A stretch of DNA of 64,000 nucleotides from a virus. Shown piece after piece: positions 18,946-28,573 of the stretch (within the stretch, counting starts at the first letter, position 1; each line of letters begins with the position of its first letter). The notes beneath the pieces are model-generated. The model was not told the DNA's origin. It saw only the letters and a program-made list of their open reading frames with translations, and searched no databases. The stretch covers positions 1-64,000 of IMG/VR virus record IMGVR_UViG_3300027708_000022; one strand, 5' to 3'. Position numbers and translations under genes: made by a program.

Positions 18946-19359
18946 TTATTTGTTCTCTCTAATTTGTTTTAATAATTCTGCGGTTGAACCAACGAATACA
19001 GCATTCTTAACATTGATAGGTGAATTGCTTTGATTGTTTTGCGGCTTCAACTCTTGTTTTCTTTTTTGAATCTCTAAAAGGTCTTTGTTTAATTCAGCCA
19101 AAGTTTTAATAAAATTGGCTGCAACTTCATATGCTCTTGGATGTTCAGACTCTTTAGCTACTCTTAATAGGTCATCAATTGAATCTGTACCCTTATCTAT
19201 AAGATTTTTAATATTGCTTCTGGCTATTGAAGAATCAGCATCAACTTCATCACCTACTTCTTCAACAGGTTTTTGTATTACGGTTGCTGGTAAATACTTT
19301 GGTTCTTCCAAAGGTTCAATATCAAAAATCTCAGATAAATTGTCGTTTACTTTGCTCAT
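18946..19359 (-). CDS. gp16: Terminase small subunit
   Basis: ESEHPRAYEV, NAVFVGSTAELLK. Confidence 0.92.
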   Translation of the reverse strand: MSKVNDNLSEIFDIEPLEEPKYLPATVIQKPVEEVGDEVDADSSIARSNIKNLIDKGTDSIDDLLRVAKESEHPRAYEVAANFIKTLAELNKDLLEIQKRKQELKPQNNQSNSPINVKNAVFVGSTAELLKQIRENK

Positions 19360-20357
19360 AATGTATTAGGCCAGTCGGTAAATATTTCTTCAAAACCATA
19401 TGCTGTGTCAACATTGGCACCAGCTGGTTTTGGTGTAATAACAATTGCAACAGCTTTTGTTGGTGAAGTATCAACAGTTTTGATTACATAATGTGAATTG
19501 GAGTATAATCCAACAACAGTATCACCAACATTAAGTCTTTGGTTTAAATCACTAACAATTAATTGCCCCGTGGATGTATTACTAAAGTATACAACTTTAC
19601 CTGTTGTTTTCTTATTGATGACACCAATATCTTCTCCGGTCGTAAAGAAACCAGATTTACCGTTTGCATAATCAACAAATACCTTCTGTGCATCCAGATT
19701 AGTGGAGTCGGTATATATGTTGGCGTTTGCTTGTAGAATTAATCCACCGTTATCTTGAATAACTGGTGGCCAAATATATGCCTTTGCTGTAAAATTTAAA
19801 TTCCAAATAATTAACCTAGTGGACATTAAGTCACCTTCATAATCAATTTCAGGTGATACTGAATTCAACATAACAGGCATATCATACACCTGATCCATAT
19901 CTTCAATAAAATCAATTGTAATTGTAAAATCTGGTGTAAAGAATGGTAAAATTTGTTCTAAAATTTGTGTACCATCTTCTGTATTTCTTACATAGATGGA
20001 TAAACTAAAATCAAAGTTATAAGGAATAGGTGCGTATTGCGTTTTCATTTTTGATGAAGCAAACGCAAAGTTTTGTAATGTTGTTTGTTGTTTTCTGCTA
20101 GAATCGTATTGCACGCCAACCAAATCAAAACTCATTCTTGGTACAGTTGTAGCAATTGATTTTGTCAAAGTTGGATCAGTATTGATTCTAACAATATATT
20201 TTTCTTTGGCACCATAATTTAATGGTACCTTTGTAATGTCATGCGCCGTTAAACCATCTTTGGAATACCTTACCAATTGAATATTATTAAACATTGATCC
20301 AAATCCAACCACAATCTTACGAATTGTGCGATTATAGAAATGAGGGTTGTTTAACAT
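19356..20357 (-). CDS. gp15: Tail sheath stabiliser/completion protein with C-terminal extra domain
   Basis: FYNRTIRKIVVGFGSMFNNI, KVPLNYGAKEK, PRMSF, QILEQILPFF.P. Confidence 0.92.
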   Translation of the reverse strand: MLNNPHFYNRTIRKIVVGFGSMFNNIQLVRYSKDGLTAHDITKVPLNYGAKEKYIVRINTDPTLTKSIATTVPRMSFDLVGVQYDSSRKQQTTLQNFAFASSKMKTQYAPIPYNFDFSLSIYVRNTEDGTQILEQILPFFTPDFTITIDFIEDMDQVYDMPVMLNSVSPEIDYEGDLMSTRLIIWNLNFTAKAYIWPPVIQDNGGLILQANANIYTDSTNLDAQKVFVDYANGKSGFFTTGEDIGVINKKTTGKVVYFSNTSTGQLIVSDLNQRLNVGDTVVGLYSNSHYVIKTVDTSPTKAVAIVITPKPAGANVDTAYGFEEIFTDWPNTL

Positions 20358-21253
20358 TATGGTTCTCCAAATGGATTTTTCTCGGTAAAGTTGATTATAT
20401 TATCAGCTTCACCTTGAATGCGATTATTATCAATGATATCTTCAAATGCATCATCCATTAATACTGTATCAGATTCAGTATTAATTCTCCAAGCGGCACC
20501 AGATGTAACACCATATACGAATGAGTTGGCAGCAAAATCTCCATTTACTCTATAAACATCCAATGATGAACCTGTAACATAATTGTGTACTGTTGCTCTT
20601 GCGCTAGAATTTGCATATGTTGTGTCTGCTGATTGATAAACAATTTCATCAGCAACATACACACCAGAACCACCTGCTTTCAATGTTAACCTTGTTCTTG
20701 GGTAAGCATCTTTAATTTGTCCATCAATTTCTGAATTACCAGTAAGAAATAATTCATTAGAGAATACGAACTGTTTCATTTTTAGTGCATAAACATAAAC
20801 ATTGCCACCACGACCACGACCCAGTGTATAAAACATGGCTTGATTATTTTCGTGTTCTACGAAAGTAATTTCAAAGAAGTTTTGTATCAATGGAATGTAA
20901 ATCAAATCACCTTCAAATGGTCGTTTTTGATTTGTTGTTGATGTGAATCTACGGCGAGAAACAAGAAGTGTTACCTCATCTCTAATTTCAAGACCAAATT
21001 TGGACATGAAATCACCTTCGCCATCCATACCAGTCACATTTTCTAAATACATTTCAATTGGATAAGATGATATATATTGTTTTAATGTATCTTCACCATA
21101 TAATAAATCTACAATATCACCACTTGAACGTGGCATATAGTAAACATCCATACCGTTTATACCAAGAGATTCTATTACCAAATCCTCAACGAGCAGCTGC
21201 TCACTGGTGATTTGATTTGTAGGAAAATTATTAAAATATGCGTTTGTGGCCAC
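20357..21253 (-). CDS. gp14: Neck protein
   Basis: EDLVIESL.I.GMDVYYMPR, MSKFGLEIRDE, RPFEGDLIY.P, FTEKNPFGE. Confidence 0.92.
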   Translation of the reverse strand: MATNAYFNNFPTNQITSEQLLVEDLVIESLGINGMDVYYMPRSSGDIVDLLYGEDTLKQYISSYPIEMYLENVTGMDGEGDFMSKFGLEIRDEVTLLVSRRRFTSTTNQKRPFEGDLIYIPLIQNFFEITFVEHENNQAMFYTLGRGRGGNVYVYALKMKQFVFSNELFLTGNSEIDGQIKDAYPRTRLTLKAGGSGVYVADEIVYQSADTTYANSSARATVHNYVTGSSLDVYRVNGDFAANSFVYGVTSGAAWRINTESDTVLMDDAFEDIIDNNRIQGEADNIINFTEKNPFGEP

Positions 21254-21258
21254 AGAAT

Positions 21259-22215
21259 TTATCCTACTAATATTTCATTTGGCAAAACATTAATGATCTG
21301 CATCTCTTCTTCTAGATGGCTAATTTCTTCCATCGCCTCATCATAAATTTCTTTACCATTTAAAGTTACACCACCCGGTAATTGAACACCAGAGAACTTT
21401 TTAAGATTATTACCCCATTGCATTTTTATTAATGCTGTCGCATATTTCTTTAAGAACCTATCACCCCAAACATCTGGATTACCAGAGATTGTTGCAGAGA
21501 CATTGGCTGCGGTGTTGACCATTGGTCCACGAATTCTTAATGATGTTGGCGAATCAATTTTATCCACTTGAAAACTGTCAACACCATTGAAGGTAATAAA
21601 GTCATTTTCTAGGAACTGTTGATCGTATGTTGTACCGTATCCAGTTACGACATTGCTTCCAGCTGTATATGATACAGTACCGTTTAATGTAACTGTTGAT
21701 GGATTCAATGCCCTGTAACATTCAATGATAACATAATCACCTGGACGAACATCTCTTGTCCAATCTAAGTCAATGAATACTTTGTTTTGTATACGATTAA
21801 ATCTAAACTGTGGTGTTCCTGAGAACAACATTTCAAGTGTTCTTAGGTGCTGCATGGTTATTTCATATGACACATAAGAAACTGATGTGAAGTCATATAA
21901 GTCATGCAAGCGTAATTGATAACGCAGGTCAAACATATTGATTGATGCGTTAGAGTTATCAAATGGAAATACACCTGTTACAAATGTCACCGCATCTGGA
22001 CAATAAATCCAGCGGCGATTAATATCTGCGACTGTCAATTGGTGCTTCATATACATCTTTTCTGTACCATCAAAATGGTAATCAGAAAAATAAGATAGAG
22101 CATCATCTATACGGTCGGAAACTTGGTCATCATCCACGTTAATTTCTATCACCGGAAAACCAAGTTTTCTTAGACAGTAAGTTTTAAATTCGGTACGAGT
22201 TGAAGGAGTAGCCAT
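21259..22215 (-). CDS. gp13: Neck protein with inserted beta domain
   Basis: YCLRKLGFPVIEINVDDDQV.DRIDDAL, LKKYATALIK.QWG.NL.KF.GVQLPGGVTLNG. Confidence 0.93.
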   Translation of the reverse strand: MATPSTRTEFKTYCLRKLGFPVIEINVDDDQVSDRIDDALSYFSDYHFDGTEKMYMKHQLTVADINRRWIYCPDAVTFVTGVFPFDNSNASINMFDLRYQLRLHDLYDFTSVSYVSYEITMQHLRTLEMLFSGTPQFRFNRIQNKVFIDLDWTRDVRPGDYVIIECYRALNPSTVTLNGTVSYTAGSNVVTGYGTTYDQQFLENDFITFNGVDSFQVDKIDSPTSLRIRGPMVNTAANVSATISGNPDVWGDRFLKKYATALIKMQWGNNLKKFSGVQLPGGVTLNGKEIYDEAMEEISHLEEEMQIINVLPNEILVG

Positions 22216-22225
22216 AGTCTTTTAT

Positions 22226-23854
22226 TTATCCTAATGCGATTGCGAGTGCCAAAATGTCCGGAATGGTTGCTGCTGTATTAGCTTTAATAAGCGCTGCATT
22301 AGCTGTATCAAATGCAGCTATAATCGAATTATTTTGTGTAACAATTGTATTGCTAACCACATTTGCTGCATCAAAAGCTGAGTTGGCATATGAACCAGCT
22401 GAATTAGCTCCAGCAAATGCTGCTATTATGCTGTTGTTTTGTGTTGTATCGGTTGCTGTAGCAGCATTAGCAGCTGTAAAAGCACCATTAGCATATACAC
22501 CAGCTGAGGTTGCTTTGTTATCTGCGGTATTAGCAGCAATAAATGCACCGTTAGCATAAATTGCTGAGGAATTGGCCACATGACTTGGTGTGTTAGCAGA
22601 TGTAAATGCTGCGGTAATGCTGTTGTTCTGAGTTGCATTTATAGCATTCGAAATGTTAGCAGCTTCAAATGCTGCATCTGTTCTTATATTTATCGTGTTT
22701 GCAAAATCATAAGATGATTCAACTTTAATATTAACACTATTTGCAAAATCATAAGAACTTTGTGCTAGTATACTTGCCGAATTAGCCTTATTGTAAGATG
22801 AATTTGCAGTTGCTCTAGCAAATTCATCAGCACCACCTGCACCACCAGATGGAGTGGATGCAATCCATTTCTTTAAGGTTTCATTGTATGTTAAAACTTG
22901 GCCGTTAGTTGCACCAACAAGACTTATATGATCTGTATCACCTAAATCATTTAGCCAATATGAACCAGAACCACCTCCACCGGCAAAATTCATGGAAGTT
23001 AAATACTTGTCTATCTTGTCGTGTATTTTTCTTATATCTGGTGTGACACCATCTTTTCCATTCAGACCATCTTTACCATTTACACCATCTTTTCCATTTA
23101 GACCGTCTTTGCCATCTACACCATCTTTACCATTAAGTCCGATTTTACCTGCATCGCCTTTATCACCCTTAGGTCCGATTTGACCTTGAGGGCCAATATC
23201 TCCTTTGTCACCTTTAGGGCCTTGTAATCCATTCTGACCAGAATCACCTTTATCGCCTTGATTACCTTTGTTTCCTTTATCACCTTGAATACCTTGTATT
23301 CCCTGAGGACCTATTTCTCCTTGGTCACCCTTTTCACCTTTAGGACCAACTGCACCAACACTACCCGTTTCACCTTTAGGTCCACGATCACCTTTTAAAC
23401 CAGTAAGTCCTTGTTCACCTTTTGGTCCAGAGAAGCCTTGAATGCCAATGTCACCCTTGTCACCTTTACTGCCTTTAGGTCCTTCAGCACCTTGAGGTCC
23501 TTGAAGTCCTTGTTCACCAGTATCACCCTTTTCACCTTGTGGTCCTGGTGGTCCTTCGACCAACATACTACTAGTTTCTTCTACTATGTCATCAATTTCA
23601 TCTTCTTCATTTATTATTTCTTCAGTAGAAGGTTCAACAATCCTTTCTTCAACAATAGTATTGAAGTCTTTAATTTTAAAGACGATAGATTTTCTTTCTT
23701 TTTCTTCTTTTTCTAATTGTTCTTGTAGTTTTATTCTTTGTTGTAATTTGATTCCTACATCAGCTTTTTCTTTAGCCGATAACCAAGCCTTCTCTGTGAT
23801 TGAGAGTTTCTTTGCTTTTTCTTCTGGAGTTAAATATTGGCTAAATTTTTTCAC
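22226..23854 (-). CDS. Collagen-like fibre protein
   Basis: 57 uninterrupted Gly-X-Y triplets (about 23042-23554), Ala/Asn-rich repeats, C-terminal LALAIALG. Confidence 0.85.
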   Translation of the reverse strand: MKKFSQYLTPEEKAKKLSITEKAWLSAKEKADVGIKLQQRIKLQEQLEKEEKERKSIVFKIKDFNTIVEERIVEPSTEEIINEEDEIDDIVEETSSMLVEGPPGPQGEKGDTGEQGLQGPQGAEGPKGSKGDKGDIGIQGFSGPKGEQGLTGLKGDRGPKGETGSVGAVGPKGEKGDQGEIGPQGIQGIQGDKGNKGNQGDKGDSGQNGLQGPKGDKGDIGPQGQIGPKGDKGDAGKIGLNGKDGVDGKDGLNGKDGVNGKDGLNGKDGVTPDIRKIHDKIDKYLTSMNFAGGGGSGSYWLNDLGDTDHISLVGATNGQVLTYNETLKKWIASTPSGGAGGADEFARATANSSYNKANSASILAQSSYDFANSVNIKVESSYDFANTINIRTDAAFEAANISNAINATQNNSITAAFTSANTPSHVANSSAIYANGAFIAANTADNKATSAGVYANGAFTAANAATATDTTQNNSIIAAFAGANSAGSYANSAFDAANVVSNTIVTQNNSIIAAFDTANAALIKANTAATIPDILALAIALG

Positions 23855-23929
23855 TATGATTCACAATATATCATTTTGTTTTTTAATGCCCTTCGCTCTG
23901 TTACACCAACGATACTTGTGGCGTTGACA

Positions 23930-24265
23930 CTAGCTTGTAACTCCAGGAGATATAATAATAATACCCTCTACGACTCTTGTTTTAATTCCTGTTGAGGTAT
24001 TAGTAATCAAGAGATCAAAAACTTGGCGACCAGGAGTTAAGTTAGCGGTGTTAGCCGCTGTCATAGAGAGAGTAATTTCTCCGTTCGCATTACCTGTTAT
24101 CGTAGATGTAATAATCGTATTAGATGTTGAATAATACGATTTGCTCATTCGTGAACTTGCAGTATAACTATATAAATTTACAGCCGAGCCATTGGTATCT
24201 TTTACATTAACTTTTGTAGAAAATGTAGCTCCTTGCTCGATTAATAGTTCCGTAAATGCGGCCAC
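23930..24265 (-). CDS. Small virion structural protein
   Basis: IEQGATF...G.ITLSMTAANTANL.PGR.VFDL...RVVEG; SD AGGAG, GTG start, late promoter ACTAAATA at 24289. Confidence 0.7.
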   Translation of the reverse strand: MAAFTELLIEQGATFSTKVNVKDTNGSAVNLYSYTASSRMSKSYYSTSNTIITSTITGNANGEITLSMTAANTANLTPGRQVFDLLITNTSTGIKTRVVEGIIIISPGVTS

Positions 24266-24318
24266 AATAACTCCTAGTTTTTATACCCTATTTAGTTCAT
24301 TATGGAATTCGATGCAAT

Positions 24319-24340
24319 AAAAAACCCGCCGAAGCGGGTT
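24319..24340 (-). terminator. Rho-independent terminator
   Basis: AACCCGC-UUCG-GCGGGUU plus U-run; identical hairpin at 63688-63709. Confidence 0.88.
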
Positions 24341-24359
24341 CGTTTATTTTACTTTTTAG

Positions 24360-24914
24360 TTATTGTTGTGGCCAGTTTTGCGATGTTACTACCATAATAA
24401 ATTTCTTAATTGAACCCGCTGATTTAATAGCAGATACAAGACGATCGGTTTCTGCTAGTACTGCTGCACGATAAGTTACTGTTTCAGCTGGTATTGCAAC
24501 ATCTCTCTCAGCTTTACGAATAACCATCCAGTCTGTTGATGCTAATAATTTATTTGCTGTATCTTTGATTTGAGCAATCCATTGTGACTTCAAACCTTTT
24601 GTAACCAATCTTTCTGTAGAATCTATCATTGATTCTGTAGCTACATCATATACTTTAACATACAACGGATCACCGTTTACATCTACTTCTTCACGGTCAT
24701 TTAATAATTTAGGACTTGAAGTAAATGTACCATCATTATTATCTTGTACCCAATAGAATCTATCATCAGGTCTTGCCTTCTGAGCAACCTCAGTAATACC
24801 AATGGCTTCTTTTTCTTCAAATGTCGTTAGGTTTAACCAGTTCGCAGGGTATTGAATACCATTCTGTGTAAATGGAACACCGGGTTGTAGAACTTTATTA
24901 TTAAGTAAAAACAT
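24360..24914 (-). CDS. Tail fibre assembly chaperone-like protein
   Basis: QYPANWL, DDRFYW, LLASTDWMVIR..E...YRAAV, terminal WP. Confidence 0.7.
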   Translation of the reverse strand: MFLLNNKVLQPGVPFTQNGIQYPANWLNLTTFEEKEAIGITEVAQKARPDDRFYWVQDNNDGTFTSSPKLLNDREEVDVNGDPLYVKVYDVATESMIDSTERLVTKGLKSQWIAQIKDTANKLLASTDWMVIRKAERDVAIPAETVTYRAAVLAETDRLVSAIKSAGSIKKFIMVVTSQNWPQQ

Positions 24915-24940
24915 TTTATATTCCTGTAATGTTCTATTTA

Positions 24941-25006
24941 TTAATTATTGGCTGTGCCAGCGGGTACTAGGAGGGCGATTACGCCGTTGGAGATGATTGC
25001 AAACAT
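24941..25006 (-). pseudogene. Truncated 5' fragment of a second chaperone-like gene (MFAIISNGVIALLVPAGTANN*)
   Basis: Manual translation; AAGGA SD upstream; resembles N-terminus of the next ORF (MFLLNNKVLQPGVPF); G+C falls abruptly at about 24950. Confidence 0.5.
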
Positions 25007-25111
25007 TTATTTTCCTTTGTAATACCAATACTGTGCGCTAGTTAAAATACCTTTCTCATACGTCCGTACCCACGCTAATAAAAACCCTTTGCGACGTTGG
25101 CGCATTTTCAT
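25007..25111 (-). CDS. Small 34-aa ORF (MKMRQRRKGFLLAWVRTYEKGILTSAQYWYYKGK)
   Basis: Manual translation; fills the gap exactly, starting 2 nt after the 817-aa gene stop and abutting the next ATG. Confidence 0.4.
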   Translation of the reverse strand: MKMRQRRKGFLLAWVRTYEKGILTSAQYWYYKGK

Positions 25112-25113
25112 GA

Positions 25114-27567
25114 CTACCTCGCTAAAGCGTTCTTGAATGGGTTTTCGGCAAATGCCATGTAGATGTATGTGCCGCCTGATGCGTTTGCGTATGTTGCACT
25201 ATTGCGTAACTTAAAACCGTTAGAAAGAATATCAAACGGATACCCCCCGCCAACAGTTTCTGCATCAGAATAATTTGGAAATAAGACCGCATCAGAAGCG
25301 TTATATGCTGAACGAGCCGTATCTTGAAGAATCCAATCGCCCACGCCGCTTGTCCTTTTCCACAAAACCCAACGTGGTCTAAAGCCTGTGTACACAAACG
25401 TTCCATCAGAGCTACCATTACCCGTGTAGCTACCAAACGCACTGAATCCGGCTATGGGTGTCCATGCGTACATCACATAATTATTACCCGCCGCACAAGT
25501 GTTCGTATCGCTGCCGCCAAGAGTAACAACCGATGATGTTGGCGATGTTGACCAAGGGCTTCCTTGAGCAACACCCGCTTGTGTAGAATTTAAAAATAAA
25601 TAAGTGACAGCACCGCTATAAATAAAGTTGTATACCCAATTGCCTGAACCGCTAGTTCTATTTTTAATTAACCATATTGCAGGGGTTACGCCTAAACCGT
25701 GACCGACAGTATTTGTTGCGGTATTTGTACCGCTATACGTCACCACACTAAACCCAGCAGCAGCATTAACGCTCACTTGCGATGTGATTGTGCCGTTGGT
25801 GTTTGACCCTGACGAACCTTGCCCTGCTTGCCATTGCCAGCCGACATATGTTTGACCACTTCCTGCGTTGTTTACCGTTGAGTCTGAACTTGTGCCAAGC
25901 GTAAAACCGTTTGAGTTAAACGACATTAAACCTTGGGTTTGCGTAACTTCAGCCGCTGTTGAATTAGATGCAAGCTGTTTATTAACGCCACGAACACTAT
26001 CAAATAAGGCGTGTTCATAAGCGTTTGTTCTTGATTTAGCCCAAACAAAATCAGGTTTAAATCCTGCTGCGTTTGTAATAACGTTAGTTGCACCAGTACC
26101 CGACCACAAATTTACATCCATCACCGTGTTGCCCTTGACGATGGTGCTTGTCGGCAAGTTGTATGTGTTCAGGGCTACAAAGCCTGTGGGGGGTGTGTAG
26201 GTGAAAGGGCGTTGACCGAAGTTGGCGGCAAAACTATTTGAATATGTACCAAAATTATTTATTAAAACACCGATACTTCCCGACAAATTTGTATAAGCCG
26301 CATTTGTCCCCGCCGCAGGATCACCACTAGCTTGCCATGTATTATTTTTAGCAAACCAAACTTTTCCTGCATCTACATCGAAAGCAATACCAATTAAATC
26401 GTTTGCAGTCCATGTATTGCCGTATGAAGCAGACGAACCATTATTTATTTTTAATGCATCATTCCTATATTCCCATATTCCAGCAGGAACAGAAGCAACT
26501 GATGTTGGAACGGTGTTAAGCGTTTGCGTACTTTGGATTACTCCGACTGCCGCATAACCTAATGTTGCTCCACCTCCGTATGCAGTGCAAAACATTTCAC
26601 AATACCATTTACCTGTTGATGGGAATAATGTATTGGCTGTTAACGCGGTAGTACCCGTATGGTTTATATTTCCATCTAAAACTGTGCCACCATTATTTCC
26701 CAACGGATTCAACACAGCAAAATTAGCCGCCGTAGCACTTGTCAACGTAGGCACATCAGTCATACTGTCATACGTCACACCAGCAGTGATGCTGATGTTG
26801 TTGGTCGTCCAGTAATTGCCGTTGCCGCTAAAGTCTTTACCCAAACCTACGTTGCTGCTTGTGGTCAGCGCAGAGTTGTCTGTGAAAGGGAGATAGAAAC
26901 CGTTTGTACCGTATGTGCCTGTGTACCGTGCGGGTTGCCATACGCCTGTGGTGGCGTTGGTTGAACCAAATGACGATGGGGTTAGGGCTTGACCGTCGAT
27001 GAAATTAACTTCGGTAATCTGACCATCGTAATTTGAACTACCCCACGAGCCGTTATAAACAGAGTTACCTAAACCTTTTACATAGCCGTTTTGGTTGTAT
27101 ATCAAATTTGAATTTTGTGCGGGGTAGTTTGCGGTGGTAAACGAAGTAACTTGGCTACCGTTAACATACAGTTTTAACCTATTTGCCGCAGTTGCTTGCG
27201 TTGTGTCCGCCGCTAAAACGATGTGATACCAAGCAGACGGGTCACGAAATACTTGTGTTGAATACAATTGAAAATTTACAGGCGATGGGTTGCCTTCATA
27301 AATATTAATGGTATCGCCAACAGGAAAATCAATAACAAAATAATTTGTGCCTGAAGTCATCCCTGCACCAAGCAAATGCATATCAGCCGACAACGTGCCT
27401 CGCTTAATCCATGCGCTAATTGTCCATATTTGATTGCTTGTAGGCGATGCACCGTTTGTACGGCTCAAATACGCCGTAGCAGACCGCCTAAACCGTAGCG
27501 AGCGTGTGAGGTTGTAGCCAGTGTTTGTTGCTAATAAATGAGGATTAATTTCACTAGGTAATGACAT
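25114..27567 (-). CDS. Virion lectin-like protein (LamG/ConA-like and SPRY-like domains)
   Basis: WTISAWIKRG...FRDPSAWYHIV...KLYVNG (LamG-like); GKWYCE...DLIGIAFDVDAGKVWF.KN (SPRY-like); FKPDFVWAKSR; YIYMAFAENPF. Confidence 0.75.
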   Translation of the reverse strand: MSLPSEINPHLLATNTGYNLTRSLRFRRSATAYLSRTNGASPTSNQIWTISAWIKRGTLSADMHLLGAGMTSGTNYFVIDFPVGDTINIYEGNPSPVNFQLYSTQVFRDPSAWYHIVLAADTTQATAANRLKLYVNGSQVTSFTTANYPAQNSNLIYNQNGYVKGLGNSVYNGSWGSSNYDGQITEVNFIDGQALTPSSFGSTNATTGVWQPARYTGTYGTNGFYLPFTDNSALTTSSNVGLGKDFSGNGNYWTTNNISITAGVTYDSMTDVPTLTSATAANFAVLNPLGNNGGTVLDGNINHTGTTALTANTLFPSTGKWYCEMFCTAYGGGATLGYAAVGVIQSTQTLNTVPTSVASVPAGIWEYRNDALKINNGSSASYGNTWTANDLIGIAFDVDAGKVWFAKNNTWQASGDPAAGTNAAYTNLSGSIGVLINNFGTYSNSFAANFGQRPFTYTPPTGFVALNTYNLPTSTIVKGNTVMDVNLWSGTGATNVITNAAGFKPDFVWAKSRTNAYEHALFDSVRGVNKQLASNSTAAEVTQTQGLMSFNSNGFTLGTSSDSTVNNAGSGQTYVGWQWQAGQGSSGSNTNGTITSQVSVNAAAGFSVVTYSGTNTATNTVGHGLGVTPAIWLIKNRTSGSGNWVYNFIYSGAVTYLFLNSTQAGVAQGSPWSTSPTSSVVTLGGSDTNTCAAGNNYVMYAWTPIAGFSAFGSYTGNGSSDGTFVYTGFRPRWVLWKRTSGVGDWILQDTARSAYNASDAVLFPNYSDAETVGGGYPFDILSNGFKLRNSATYANASGGTYIYMAFAENPFKNALAR

Positions 27568-27570
27568 AGA

Positions 27571-28545
27571 TTAAGCGACACTTAAAATGGCTTGTGCTAT
27601 CACGTTACTTGTTGTCGTTGCTGTGTAAACAATCAAGTCAACAGCATTTGCGGTTGTTGTTAATGTTGGTGCAGTATTACTTGGAAATCTCCAGCCTGAA
27701 CCAAATGATAATGTTCTAGAACCTGTTCCGTCTTGGCGAACAACTAAAAACCCTGATTGTCCTGCTGAACTGTTGGCTACGTTTGCCAATATTCTATTAC
27801 CACCAAGAGTTACAGAGAAGTTATTTGTCTGTGCCAAATTCATTGTGATTGTTGATGCATCAGTCAGAGTAATAATATTTTGAAATGCTTGTCCATATAC
27901 TGCTAATTGGTTTGTTACATTGGCAACAGTAAAGGTTTGATTTGCAGTCCACGTATTGATAGAAGTATTTGCTGTTTTAGTATTAGCAGCAGTAAATGCA
28001 CCGTTCGCATAAATTGCTGCTGAGTTAGCTGTAGAATCTGGTGTGTTAGCCTGTACAAATGCTGCATTTGCGGTGATGAATGCTGAATTAGCATATGAAC
28101 CAGCAGAATTGGCAACAGCAAATCCTGAGTTGGCATATACACCAGCAGAATTTGCTGCAACAAAAGCACTATTAGCATAAGATGCAGCAGAGTTTGCGGT
28201 AGCAGTTGGCAATACACCAGATGCTATTTTTAATAATGTTACTGCACCATCAGCAATTCTTGCAGTTGTTACAGAACCATCTGATGGCACTTGTGTTGCA
28301 GAACCATTACCAATATGTAGAATGACTACGTTGTTTGTACCGTTGGCTGGTGCTGAAACAAATGATATAACATCAGCAATCAGAGTGTATGTTGTTGGTG
28401 GTTGATACAGACCAGAAATGAATACGGCAATAGATGCAGTACTAGCAGGCGCTCTGGTTAGCGTGAAATTAGTCGTACTCGCATTACCAGAAAAAGTATC
28501 TGTAATGAACGGTACTGACTGAACTGAATTTCCAATATAACTCAT
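27571..28545 (-). CDS. Fibre-like virion protein
   Basis: MSYIGN, FSGNASTTNFTL, ANSAGVYANSAF-type repeats, C-terminal QDGTGSRTL..G..W.FP...PTLTT module. Confidence 0.75.
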   Translation of the reverse strand: MSYIGNSVQSVPFITDTFSGNASTTNFTLTRAPASTASIAVFISGLYQPPTTYTLIADVISFVSAPANGTNNVVILHIGNGSATQVPSDGSVTTARIADGAVTLLKIASGVLPTATANSAASYANSAFVAANSAGVYANSGFAVANSAGSYANSAFITANAAFVQANTPDSTANSAAIYANGAFTAANTKTANTSINTWTANQTFTVANVTNQLAVYGQAFQNIITLTDASTITMNLAQTNNFSVTLGGNRILANVANSSAGQSGFLVVRQDGTGSRTLSFGSGWRFPSNTAPTLTTTANAVDLIVYTATTTSNVIAQAILSVA

Positions 28546-28573
28546 TTATGTTCTCTTATTGATGTTACAATAT

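Noticed and set aside
23924-23929. TTGACA hexamer
   Set aside because: No -10 element at 16-18 nt spacing
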